DNA of 62,095 nt, counting the filler, from Choristocarpus tenellus KU-1152 (lineage: Eukaryota; Protista; Phaeophyceae): NCBI GenBank assembly GCA_964200185.2. It is 11 parts of 11 records of this genome, joined end to end, with 100 filler letters (N's around TTAATTAATTAA, not from the genome) between each part and the next. Parts side by side here need not be neighbours in the genome. Positions count along the whole stretch, not along the records: positions 39,659 to 43,871 come from CAXNAD020015659.1; positions 43,972 to 49,121 come from CAXNAD020011704.1; positions 49,222 to 52,023 come from CAXNAD020024616.1; positions 52,124 to 62,095 come from CAXNAD020003232.1; 7 more parts are not named here. One strand, written 5' to 3'. The notes beneath the pieces are model-generated. The model did no database searches and had not been told where the DNA came from. It saw only the letters and a program-made list of their open reading frames with translations. A program made the translations under genes and the position numbers. Every line of letters starts with the position of its first letter. The first letter of the stretch is position 1. Below are positions 39,898 to 52,201 of the stretch, piece by piece.

Positions 39898-41270
39898 ACT
39901 TGAAGTCTGCCTGCACAGTGTGAAGATATAGAGCAAAGTGCGATGATGTTCGCAACACTGTCTCTGATCAAATCATGCTGCCTCTCAGTGTTGTCAGTAG
40001 CGGTTTTGGTGACTACAAGAGTGTGTTTGCTCCACGTTGGTATCCTCCGTTACCCTTGGTAACAATTTAACTTAAGATCAACATTTACCCTGCTTGCATA
40101 TATCAATGAACAGATGGATTCATGGGTCTCGCATTGGACTTCGAGATAGTCATTTACTACTCATCATCACGATCAACATCTGTATTACCCTATGCGACAC
40201 ACTCTATTCCATTGCTTTATGCTCACAACAGTGCGCGCAAAATAAATGTTCCCGCTTTCTTCAAAGGGATACCATAATCAACCAAAGGCTCTTTCTACAT
40301 TTATTTGTACAAAATGGCACCCTTTTGCATTTTTTCGGGATCTTTAAGATGCAAACCTACCTACCTCTCGATTGGTTTGACTCTTTTCTGAAATCTGTCG
40401 AAAATATTCAAGAGATAGAGAAATCAATGCTTTCAAGCCTAACTTAAGGCTTCATCGATGGGAATATGGGTGAATTAGATTCAAAGTATCTGGGAGGGGG
40501 TGGCGGCTGTCTATTTTGGGCCCATTTTTCCATGTCGCGATTTTTGGGTTACACCAAATATTGAAAAAACTGGCTAAATATTAAAATAAGCCAAACCTTG
40601 GGCAACTCTTGTTTACTTTGGCTCACTCCTTACAACATCACAATATCATTGTTCAAGTCTACTCCTGCATTAGGTGGGTTATGCCTTAACACAATATATT
40701 GTCCCATCATTGATGATGTCTCTACCAGCTTTTAAAATTTGCTGATGGCTGACAGAAGCCCACCCCTGAAGAACTCCATAACCTTTTTGCAGCTGTATAT
40801 GGCCTGTCTAGGATGACTATGGAGCTACAGAAGGGGTAGGAGTGACTATTTAAGATGTACGATATATTGGAGTCGGTGGTGGGGTATTATCCTGCCATCC
40901 AGGTTGTAGTGCATAGCATTCGTCAGCCAGCTGACTGTGTGCTGGCCAAAGTCAGGTAAGGGGGTCATCTCTTAGAGGTAAATGGTTTCGAGAGCAGGTA
41001 GTAAGCCGTTCCTTTTGTTCGGCTCTTCTCATCTCAGACTGCAGTATCAAATCCACCATGATTGCAAGGCAAGTCTCCTGGATTGGCGAGATGGAGTGTG
41101 AAGAGACGAGAAAAGCTGGAGCAGACTTTGCTCAGACTGGGTCGGTAGCCGTCGAACTCGATATAATGATCCCCAGACAGCCGTTCTTTCCAATGAGCTG
41201 GCTCCTCCAGGAGATGAAAGAGGCGATTGAGGCAATGAAGCCGGAGCTGCAGCTATTGTGTCGAATATGA
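39898..41270 (+). pseudogene. Possible decayed multi-exon gene of unknown function
   Basis: Exon-like blocks with splice signals at about 39898-40039, 40793-40955 (donor gtaagg) and 41038-41270. The first two contain in-frame stops. Confidence 0.2.
40478..40550. mobile_element. MITE family B, truncated copy
   Basis: GATTCAAAGTATCTGGGAGGGGG...ggctgtc...catgtcgcgatttttggg. One end only. Confidence 0.7.
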
Positions 41271-41359
41271 TACGAATTATAATAATATGTAACCGAAAGT
41301 ATTCGGGTTCATGGTTCATATTCACATATCTTAGCAGTCTAAATCTGCACAGCTGTAGT

Positions 41360-42260
41360 CAGGCCTGCGCCGGATGGACCTGGAGCAGTAAACCAAGCTT
41401 GTCCCTGAGGATGCGCATGCCCATCGATTGGAACTTGCCAAGATTTTTCTTCTGAAGCGAGAAAGCAGCACCTGTACCTGTCACCAGAGGGGGTAGGACA
41501 TCAGCTGCTGAGGGGAGTGGAGCAGTTACGTCCAATGTGCTTTCTCTGATAGCACACCTCCAAGACCCCCTACTCAAGTGTGAAAGGGTCAGATTCAGGC
41601 CTCCAACTCCTGATTGAGAAGGTCCAAGCATACAACCCCTGAAGGGGAGCCTCGATATTACCAAGGTGCCTGCCGCAATAGCAGACTTCGATGTCCCACT
41701 GCTCATTTTTTAGAAAGGGCTAGAGCTGAGCCTCCAATTCCCCAGGGAGTAGGAACCAAGCATCCAACCCTGCAGGTAGGAGTGTTGATATTTCAAAGGT
41801 GCTTGCCACATGGCAGACCTTGATGTCTCTCGCAGGGAAAGGCACCCGAGTGAGGCATGTGGTTAGTAACAGCTGCCTACACAAAACTGGTGGTGAGTCT
41901 GGGGGAGTGGAGCTTCACAAGCCTCATCAAGGCAGGAGAAGCTGTGGCTTGTTGCCTACATCTAAATGTGAATTTAGCCCTCACGAGCTCTCATGTTCTA
42001 CCTGGCTCATTGCAGGGCCAAGTAGGTGAAACAAGAAGCCCTTCCAACGTGCTCACCATTGGCCACAAGGTATGGAGCTTCACACATACCGAAGCAGGGG
42101 AGGGAATACTGCATTGATCGGGGTTTGGGCAGACCAGTAGCAGCAGTAGCAGGTTTGGAGTGCATTGGAGCATACCCCGTGTTGTTGTTGCTGGAAGAAC
42201 TAAGTGCTCCAGAAACATGCCGCAATCTGTCTGCTAAATTATCAAAATGACCTCGTAACA
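41360..42260 (-). pseudogene. CRE-like (restriction-like-endonuclease) non-LTR retrotransposon, C-terminal remnant
   Basis: Fragments in the expected order, in broken frames: PHSGAF, CYCGRHLG (Zn finger), LDVTAPL...GAA...KKNLGKF (RLE DVTxxxP...AA..K..KY). Confidence 0.5.
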
Positions 42261-42642
42261 GAATACTAAGTGTTGGGACAGGTGTTTCCCCAGAGAACCC
42301 CTCTCAGGGCGTACCTATATATGAACTGTACAAACCAGTAGAACCTACCTATATAGCATGGGGGGGTGAAGTCGACTATTTTCGATTGCACAACCAATCG
42401 GGCGCATAAGTGTTCCGAGTAGTTGCACTTCACACTCACTCGTTATGAACACATTATGGGATGGACATCCTTTCTAAGAGAGAAAACAGCACCACAAAAC
42501 ATATTATGATACTCCACTGTTGTACTACCTATATATCCATAAGCCTGTGCCACGTTGTCCATAACTTTTGAAGGTGATGAAATTCATTTCTGGAAGAAGA
42601 TTTGGAATCCTTGACGAATTTCTGGTTAGCATAACCTCTTTT

Positions 42643-42897
42643 GAGCTAAAGTATCTTAGAGGGTAGAGCCGCGTCCATTTGGGGGCCAAAATCCAATGTT
42701 GAGATTTTGATGTAATTTTGGCTATCGTGTTTGTTAGGAAGTGTCAATATCTACAATTGGACACACCTTTTCATAACGTATACATTTTACCTATTCCAAA
42801 ACATTTTGGAGTAGGAAGATATCATAAAAAAAAACCATGGGAAGCCAAGCCCCAAATGGACAGAGCAAAATTCGTGCCCTCCAAGATACTTTCATTC
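42643..42897. mobile_element. MITE family A
   Basis: TIRs GAGCTAAAGTATCTTAGAGGG / CCCTCCAAGATACTTTCATTC, flanked by TTT/TTT. Confidence 0.87.
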
Positions 42898-42979
42898 TTT
42901 CATAATATTATTACTCACCATCCATCACAATTTTATCAGCCACAGAAAAAGCCCCCATGTCTACCTTCGGTGTGTGTTC

Positions 42980-43871
42980 AAGGTCACTACCCAACTGCCG
43001 TTTCCTTATCCCTGTGTGCTCCACACTGAAGTCATTCCCTCCTTTGTATCTAAGTGCTTGATTGTACACCATGAAAAGGAGCTGTCAAGCCCTCTCAAGT
43101 ATGCTTTCATCATACTCCTCATACTGTTTCGTAATGACCTTCACCTTCTCCTCGACGGACCCAAACCGGTCCCCCAGTCATCGGCATTTCAAAGACCTGA
43201 AGAAGCACAGGTCCATGATATTGAGATCAGGGGAGTTAGATGGTTGCGTCACAAGCCTAATCAACCACCCCTTAGTCTTCCCTGCCCCTGACAAGATTTC
43301 TGAGTTGGCCTTGCCCGTGTGGGGGGTGGCGCCGTCTTGCTGAACGACAACATGCTTCCCCTTCAACCAAGGCATCTTGGTCTAAATTGCAGGAAGTAAC
43401 TCCTCCGTGTACCACTTCCTGTACCACAAAGGGTCTAAAGTACAGTCCTGCTCATACACATCCCCCCCTTTTATGGTTCTTGCTTGTCCTGTCTGCCGTT
43501 TTTGCCACACACACACGCCAAACACCATTCTTTCCATCAAAGGTATGAGCCGAATCTGGGCGGGTGTTGGCTGCAATGATCATGGTTTGGGGGATATGAC
43601 TCTTGTGCTGCACAGTAGGGGACCCTGGAAGGTCGCTATCATCCTCATTATGCGGAAATACCCTAACCCTTTCCCCATCAACCATCACGGTTTCATCCAC
43701 ATAACCCTAACATAGATTGTGTTCGCCATGGAGGTGTACACATCACATTTTCGGTCCTCGTGATGGCAGACAAAGTCTATTCTCCATACGTTTTGCCACG
43801 ATTTAAGCTTGGGTTTGATCCAACGGCGATTCGGCATGGCCCCCATATCATCCAACCACCTGTTTATGGTG
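42980..43871 (-). pseudogene. Tc1/mariner transposase pseudogene, plant-mariner (DD39D-like) group
   Basis: Frameshifted fragments QHKSHIPQTMIIAANTRPD..FDGKNG..RTSKNHKRG, YTEELLPAI, VVVQQDGATPH...QPSNSPDLNIMDLCFFRSL and GGNDF match the plant/oomycete mariner motifs QQDNAxxH and QPxNSPDxNxLDLGFF. It is cut by the linker at 43872. Confidence 0.88.
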
Positions 43872-44084
43872 NNNNNNNNNNNNNNNNNNNNNNNNNNNNN
43901 NNNNNNNNNNNNNNNTTAATTAATTAANNNNNNNNNNNNNNNNNNNNNNNNNNNNNNNNNNNNNNNNNNNNCTAAAAACAACAAAAACCCCCCAAAAAAA
44001 CTAAAATAAAAAAATGACCCCCCCACCCAAACGCCCCCCCCCCCCCCCCCCCCCCCCCAGATACTTTTAGTCACAAGCACAACA

Positions 44085-44172
44085 AGTACCAGTACAATAA
44101 CAAGTACAAGTACCAGTACAAAAATAACAAGTACAAGTACCAGTACAATAACAAGTACAAGTACCAGCACCA
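44085..44172. repeat. 6-bp-based tandem repeat (CAAGTA/CCAGTA)
   Basis: Directly visible. It produces spurious poly-LV and YLYL ORFs. Confidence 0.8.
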
Positions 44173-44235
44173 GCATGTCAACAGTACACATAACCCTCTG
44201 TATTGTACACAGGTTGAAGGTTTCAACACAAGTAC

Positions 44236-44596
44236 CTTGGACTCCAAAAACGCAACGGACCACCAAGCATCAATTTTAACAAAAAAGTCTAAGATTTCTT
44301 TCCACGGAGGTTCCTTACACCATACATCAGCGACACTAGTACACACTGCACCCAAATTATCGCCTTCAGTATCTCTAGGAGTCACCCAAACCACACCATA
44401 TCCTAAACTAAACCACAACCCCTCATCTCCATCCTCAGGGGGATTCGAGGACAAGGCATCAAGAATAACTCTTGCACCAACACAAAAATCTGTGCACCAC
44501 ATCAACTCAATCAGATCCATGTGCGCCTCCCAAGGTGCAGTACCATGGTCTAACTCCCTCAATAAGTTCTCATCACCCCTCCAATACAACACTCCC
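44236..44596 (-). CDS. Probable coding exon of unknown function, possibly part of the CHD-like gene
   Basis: Stop-free, globular-looking stretch GVLYWRGDEN...AFLESK bounded by tag| and |gtact. Its phase does not match the preceding exon directly. Confidence 0.3.
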
Positions 44597-44817
44597 TAGT
44601 CCGCATAACACCACAATACACATACCAAAACCACTAGCAGTAGAGCTCTACACTGACAGTAACCACCAGCAACTGCCACACCATCCCATACATTCTCCCT
44701 CCCCTCTCCCCCCCCCCATCTACCCAATTCCCTCATATATCACACACACACACACAAACACACAAATCTCCGCCATTCCATCTCATTCCATTCCTTCTTC
44801 CACTGCACATGCCTCAC

Positions 44818-47800
44818 CTTCCTCCTCAAGTGAACCATGTGAAGCATCTGCCCGTGCTACTGGTAGTCCAACATTCATCATGTTAACAGCCGAGGGTTCC
44901 TGTGGTGCAGCTTCTCTCTCCGCCTCCCTTTTCTTGTACAACTCTTGTTCATCGTCCTTTTCCCCCTCCTCCTCTTCCATTCTCATCTCAAACACTCTCC
45001 TTTCTTCCTCTGCACCAAGGGATGCAGCCTCAGTCTCACCACCATCACCACAATCTAGATCATCCTGAAAAAAAATAAAAATAAAATAAAAGTAGGTAAT
45101 GTAAGATAAAGTAAAAGTAAAGTAAATGTAACGTAAAGTACATGTAAGGTAAAGTAAAGGTAAAGTAAATGTAAAGTAAATGTAAGGTAAGGAAAAATAA
45201 GGAAAAAAAGGAAAAAGAAGAAAATTAAGGTAAAAAAGAAAAAAAAGAAAAGTAAGGCCAGACACATCAATAGAATAGACAGCCAAAAACACTCCGGCAT
45301 ACACAAAAACAAAATAGGGCCGTCCCAGGGGCAGGCTGCAAACTAAATCAAGAAGATTCCCAAATTCAACCGACTGAGAAATTGGAGGTCTGCGGAGTAG
45401 GATGACACTCTAATACTCTACTTCTTTGATACTATGATACTATGATACTATGATACTATCACACTATGGTACTATGATACTTTGATACTATGGCACTATG
45501 ATACTATGGCACTGTGATACTATGACACTATGATAATTTGATACTATGACACTATGACACGATCATACTATGATACCTTGATCATTTGATACTATGACAC
45601 TATGACACTATCATACTATGACACTATGATAATTTGATGCTATGATATTATGACACTATGATAATTTGATACTGACACTATGACACTATGATAATTTGAT
45701 ACTATGATAATTTGATACTATTTGATACTATTTGATACTATATGATACTTGCCAAAAATAAAAACAAAAAAATGATGCAAGCACATACCATCGCCAGCTT
45801 CTTACATAAGCACATAAAATCATGACTTCACCGTATCAGATCACCAACCAAACCTTAAAACTATATTCAATACACTCAAAACCTACAATCACAACTTCAA
45901 GGCACACACTGGTTGGTTTGATCTTGAGAAAATAATCTAGAATATTGAATATTTATTGCAACAGGCCCTTACTTCCACACGATATTCAAAAATTCAAAAA
46001 TTCGTCTCTATTCTACATCCCACATCCTACTGTACTGCACACACAAGAGGTACCCCACCTAGAATAGCCATCAAGAATAGCCATCAAGAGGTACACCATC
46101 AGTACCGATGACCTCCTTTCAACAAAGGGCAAGGCACATCAAGACAAACAAACACAGCAACACAAGAGCAGGAACCATAATCTCATACTTTCCATACTCT
46201 TAGGAAGGCATTGAGTTTACATTTCATTTCATTTCGTTGGCGGTTTGTCGACAACACTTCTTAAACAAGTCAATCATTTTCATCCGCCAATGACATCCAA
46301 GAACCGGATAACACCTACACCACTGTCTTATCTCTGTGATACCACTGTCTTATCTATGTGATACCTCAGGCCACCAAATAAAAACAAAAAATACAACAAA
46401 AGAGAACAAGACCTAACCCTAAACATAACCCCAACCCTAACCTGAATTCAACATCTCCCCGTATAATGAGAACTACCATTGGTATGTGCCATTCTCCGTC
46501 CATACATATTCCTGCATACATATTCCTCCTGTTACAAAACTTCCTACATTATTGGCTGCTAATATTATTGCTACTAACAATTATATATTATTATTCTTAA
46601 AACAAACAAAAAAAAGTTTGCATCTGAAAATAAACAAAATAAACAAAAAACAACGGCACTATTCAACAGCAAACAAGGGTCACAACAGACAACTAATCCT
46701 AACCCTAACCCTAACATCAATGGCAACAATAACAACCAGAAGAATAATTTCTACAAGAATAATTTCTACCAGAATAATTTCTACAAGTACATGCACCACA
46801 TTCGTCACCGGTGAACACAAAACACCACACACCTTCACACCAGCGACATAATTTCTTTTAATTTATATACCTTGTTGCAATTCACTAACATTACCTAGGT
46901 ACACTTTGACAATACATGATCTCATCTCTAAATTGTACAAATAGGTTACTCAAATTCAGGACCAAATATTCCTTCATCCTAGAGAAGAAAAATCTACATC
47001 TCTAAAACCAGCTATCCAACTCTTCAAACATCTCTATCCCACTTTTCTAGATATATTCTCTCTGTCTTTTAGACAGTTTCTTTGGAATTTGCACATATCC
47101 ACGGACATGTAACTGACATGTAACTGACCTTACGTTGTTCAGCGTATCCTTCACATTCCTTTTTTTTTCACAAAAAAAACAAAAAAAACACCAGACAGAA
47201 CGACTCTCACCATAACCCAGGTCGAGATTCACAACACTACCATCTACCCAGTTCAGTAACAAAATTCAAAATCGAACAGTCTCAGTAACAAAATTCTAAA
47301 AACTATAATAATAATTTTTAAACTTTATCTTCAGAGGGGGTTTTATTATTTTACAACAAGAACAACAAAAAAAATCTTTACCCCACCCAGTGGACTCTCT
47401 CTTTCCCACACTCCCAAAGATTGTACCATACCAGATACAAACACATCGGACCTAAATTAAACTTCACTAAATTAGATTTCAATAAATTAGACTTCAATAA
47501 ATAAATCTCACTAGATTAGATTTCAATAAATTAGATTTTAATAAATTAGATTTTAATAAATTAGATTTCAATAAATTAATCTCACTAGATTAGATTTCAT
47601 TAAATTAATTTTCAATAAATTAAATTTCAGTAAACTAGGTATCACTAAATTAATTTCACTAAATTAATTTCACTAAATTAAATATCACTAAATTAATTTC
47701 AATATACAAAACTTTAAAATGAAAAAAAAAGAGGTTCGCTACCACAGTAGGGTCTTGTCCTTGCCTGGGGGTCACTCTCTCCCGAGAGCAGAGCATGCCT

Positions 47801-48494
47801 TTCCTTCCTTAGCTTAGCCTCATGCTTTGTTTGGGTCACCTCACAAGTAATGATACGCTGAACCTCCACCATATCAGAAGGAAAGTACTCCTGTTTTGTC
47901 ACACAATGGCCACATGGGGTATGTAGGTGTGTGTATGTGTGCAAAAGAAAGCTCAGGAACATATGAATTTTAAATTCAAACCTTTTTATTCTCTAGATGT
48001 AGGGTAAAGGGGGTTAGGGCACACACATAGCAGACAGATGCCTGTACCAAAAGACCAAAAACATTACCTTACAAAAGATATACCTTACAAAAGATATACC
48101 TTACAAAAGATATACCTTACAAAAGACATACCCCAAAAAATTAAAGCTTTGTACATGCAATCCCCAATCCAAACCCTAACCTTCTCCCTAAGCAACTTCA
48201 ACTACAACAGTCTCGAAATCATATCACCCTAAGCCTAAGCCTAAGCCTAAGCCTAAGCCTAAGCCTAACCCAAACAACAAAAAAAAGAAAAACCCTTTTT
48301 TTTCAAAATAAAAAGATTCTAATCCCTCATCTCAAAACCATAAAAAAGAATGCCTTGACCTTCTCCATCAGCTGCTCATCATCACCCACTTGCGCCTCCT
48401 CCTCATCCAAAATTTTCCGCCAACGCTTGCCATGTTCCTGCTCCATCTTACTGTAGAAGCGCAGCAGCTTCTGGCGATTGTTTGGATCCACCCT
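44818..48494 (-). CDS. CHD6-9-like chromodomain helicase DNA-binding protein, internal exons (tandem-chromodomain linker)
   Basis: Exons 48494-48360, 47890-47765 (GC donor CAG|gcaagg) and 45064-44818 all join in phase 0. RVDPNNRQKLLRFYSKM...MEK|EYFPSDMVEVQRII resembles the CHD7/8 segment QKIKRFKxK...FNPDYVEVDRI between chromodomains 1 and 2. An acidic exon follows. Confidence 0.55.
45425..45750. repeat. Intronic 8-bp minisatellite (TACTATGA/CACTATGA)n
   Basis: Directly visible tandem array. Confidence 0.9.
47455..47705. repeat. Intronic ~15-bp AT-rich tandem repeat (AATAAATTAGATTTC)n
   Basis: Directly visible, degenerate array. Confidence 0.85.
48065..48270. repeat. 17-bp repeat (TACCTTACAAAAGATA-like) and (CCTAAG)n array
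   Basis: About 4 copies at 48065-48130, and about 7 CCTAAG/CCTAAC units at 48227-48270. Confidence 0.8.
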
Positions 48495-51188
48495 CTAAAG
48501 AGTTGAATAATTAGGGGGGGGGGTTAACTGGGAAACAAAGTAGCATAAAAATAATACTATAAAAAAATAATACTATAAAAAAAAATAATAGTGTGAGAAC
48601 AAAATATGGCACAATAATAGGAATAGTGCCGTGAGACAGGCATTAAAAAAAACTATTACATATAATAATAATAATAGTATGTACCATGTATAGGACAACC
48701 AACAATAGACATGCCCAACCCTAACCCTCACCCCCAAAAATTAAAATTGAAAAAATCTCATGTTGACCAAGGGAGGGGGGCAGGGGCAGTAGTACCCTCT
48801 GCCGTCAAATCTGTCAACATCTGTCACCATTTCCAAACGAATCAAACATCACCGACCCCATAGTAGGAGGAGATCATCGTAGGAGGAGATCAATTTTCAG
48901 AAACTAACAGAAACTGTACCCATTTTGCAATGACAAGCACTTCCAATCATATAACCAACAACACCACCACCTCTACCACCACCTCTACCACCACCCAACG
49001 AACAACCCCATCTCCAAAAATACCAATCAAAATCACACCAACAAAAAAAAAACTCCTCACATCCCCCTCCTTCAATTCCCCACCAAACTCCCCCCCCCCC
49101 CCCCCCCAACCCCCCCCCCCCNNNNNNNNNNNNNNNNNNNNNNNNNNNNNNNNNNNNNNNNNNNNTTAATTAATTAANNNNNNNNNNNNNNNNNNNNNNN
49201 NNNNNNNNNNNNNNNNNNNNNATACCAAAACCGTTACCGGCTCCCCCCCCGGGGGGCCTGTCTGTCCTTGTACCTTTGGCTTGGTTGAGATCGCTTCCAA
49301 ATCGTAGTGGAGCCCTCCACAAGCACAGAAATATTTTGAACAAAAATATATCCCATTCAAAAAGGGGCTCTTAAAAAGTGCCGCAACATTTACAAAAAAT
49401 ATATATATGGGCACTTTCCGCGCACCATTTTGGGTCAAACCCATCCTCCATAGTATGCTCCATCCTCAATTTTGCTGAGAGGCTGTTAGTAGTACAATCT
49501 TGATAGTGGTAAAGTAGCAAACAGGTGAGTGTTTTTCACATTTATAGTGTTTTATAGTATTTTTCACAGATATTTTATTTCCTTAGGGCTTATACTGACA
49601 TATGTGTAGTTTTCATTTGTTTTCCCCCTGAAACATTTGTAAAATGTAAGAGGGCATAATAATAAATAGGTAACAAATATCTGCACCAATAATAAAAAAC
49701 AAAGTAGAAATTAATAGGAAATGCACTGGAGAAAAACGAAAACGCATATTTTGAACTATCCACATATACATCCACAACAAGCGCGCAAAACCTTGGATAA
49801 GCCAAACGCTAAACATACTATATTACTTACACGCATAATTCTCGATAACAAAAATAGACAGCACTTCGTAATGCTCATACCTCTCCGGTCGTAATTGATT
49901 ATACATAATAAATCCATAGTATGAGCCAAAAACGTACCATGCATAATCATGATACAAACAATACTCACTCACTATAATGTAGTAATTAACGTTGAACTCC
50001 AAATACCCAAAGCATATACACGACAGAACCATTTCTTTTACTATTGTGGAGGGGGACGAAGAATACTAAATCACCTAAGAACCATATTCTTGGATTGGGA
50101 AGTGGAGGGTCATTTACGTTTTGCGCGCGCTTTCTAGGCACACGGGTTTGGGGATATTGAACGAAATCATTTTTAACAAAAACTCTTGAAACCTACGCCC
50201 TCCAATTCGAAATGGACTATATGAGGGCGTCGTTCAAGGACTGTGTGGGCGCAGGGGGGTGAGGAATTTCCTTCATTGATCTTTCCGACGTGCGGAAAAA
50301 GTTGTCAATGGGAGGTGCAGGATCCATGCTCTAATCGACACAACCAGAGGGATGAAGGTGGAATTGTAGTATGCATTCCATTTGTGTTGCTGTATCCGTT
50401 CTGTTCCCCAGAAGATGCTATTTCTTTCTCTCCTGGGTGCCCTTGCAACTTCCTGTTCAATATTTAATCCCTGCACCTAATGTCACAACCATTTCTTCGA
50501 GCTTTGTCAACAGTATTTCACCTGTCTAAGGGATTGCACACACTCAGACGTACACGTTGCAGCAGTGTTGTAGAGCAATAATGCAGCTACTCCTGTGTTC
50601 TACTTGCAACAACTATACTGCCGCCTTCAATGGGCAAAATGGGGTACTGCAGAGCGCAGCGCTATCCAAGGAAAATACAGGGGGGTTACACAGGGGGAGG
50701 AAGAGGAGGGGGTCTTTGCCATGCAGTAGCAACTGTGCTCCAGAAGTCCAGGGAGGACAGGAACAACGAGGGATATGTGCCTTAGTAAAACCGTGATGAC
50801 TGTCCTGTGGGAAACAAGAGAGGGAGAGCACCCCCCACTCAGAATCCACCATGCTCGCGCAGCACACAGAGCAGAGGAAAGGCACATGTCTGATGTGTGT
50901 GGTCTGAGCTTAGGGATAAGGAGGAGAAGCACTACCAGCTACTAGCCACAGTGCTCCAGGAATAACCTGGAGGAAAGGCACGGGGGGGGCTGTGCCAAAG
51001 GAGATGTGTACCTGTCTGATCTTCGGTGCTGAGCCTCTCCTGAATAACGGTAAAGCACCGTAAAAAAGAAGAGATTAAACAGCAACAGGGTGAGAATCCA
51101 CCACCCTTGACGGAAACCTTCAACAACATTCTACCACACTGATCATTTCTACTACTTTTATCACATACCAGTACTACTACGCAGTAGT

Positions 51189-51362
51189 GACCCAAAGTAT
51201 CTCGGGGGTAGGTCTATGCCAGGCTGTCCATTTGGGTCAAAATCAGGAAAAGTGCATTTGCATTATCCATCGGACGTATGCAACCAAATCATCCAAACAT
51301 CGCGACATGAGAAACTTGACCCCAAATGGACAGCCACCCCCACCCCCCAGATACTTTGAGCC
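51189..51362. mobile_element. MITE family B, complete copy
   Basis: TIRs GACCCAAAGTATCT / AGATACTTTGAGCC, 4-bp TSD TAGT, and an interior that aligns with the copy at 2985-3164. Confidence 0.88.
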
Positions 51363-52123
51363 TAGTCCCTACCAAGAAGGGGTCTATATCCCAAGTTTCG
51401 CGCACTGTTGTGAATTAATAGTGTGAACCAGTCTATGCTAAGTTCTTGGCTTCCACAATTTTTTAGACATGCATCCACCACACTCACAGAATCTTCACTA
51501 CACTACCAATAGTGAAGGCGGGCATGGTCCCATAACAATGATAGCTTTATTGCAAGTTACAACTAGCTTGCGCATACATAGTAAGTAGGACAAACTATTT
51601 CTCGTTGGCCATATAGCATGGACAGCATGGATGGATTGGGGGAGAGGGCGGTGGAAAACCTCACGGATTTACGGTGCCCTACGAGCATTATACCGCCACA
51701 AAGTAAATTTAACCAGTATTTTCCTTGCAGAACACCGAAACACATTTATCCGGTGAATTTGGCGACATGAAGAAGAGAGACATCGCCAACGAGCCGTGGG
51801 TCTGCTGCCCCCTTGGCGTGCGAAGTAGGCAAGTACAGGGGTAGTTTTCAGATACCGAGGAAGAAGGTAGAGAACAGATCATTTTCGAAAGAGATGGGAC
51901 TGTCCCGCCCCATGTACACCATATAATGTGAGGCATCAGAAATTCAGGAACAGTGAGCTGATTCTGGGGTCAAAGTATCTGGGGGGTGGGGGTGGTTTGT
52001 GAGGGGGCGTCCGTTTCGGTCAANNNNNNNNNNNNNNNNNNNNNNNNNNNNNNNNNNNNNNNNNNNNTTAATTAATTAANNNNNNNNNNNNNNNNNNNNN
52101 NNNNNNNNNNNNNNNNNNNNNNN

Positions 52124-52201
52124 CAAATCACCCAAAAATCGCGACATTAATAAATTGCCCCCAAATGGACAGCTGCCACCCCCTCCCAGATACTTTGAGC
52201 C
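52124..52201. mobile_element. MITE family B, half copy at contig start
   Basis: caaatcacccaaaaatcgcgac...cccaaatggacagc...cccagatactttgagcc. Similar B ends abut linkers at 7404-7424, 12952-13071, 17095-17194, 21693-21720, about 44035-44072 and 51968-52023. Confidence 0.75.

Noticed and set aside
7304-52123. Regularly recurring TTAATTAATTAA palindrome as a biological repeat or CRISPR-like array
   Set aside because: It is always centred in 44+44 Ns and gives stops in six frames, so it is an artificial contig-joining linker. ORFs ending in X...LIN are artefacts.
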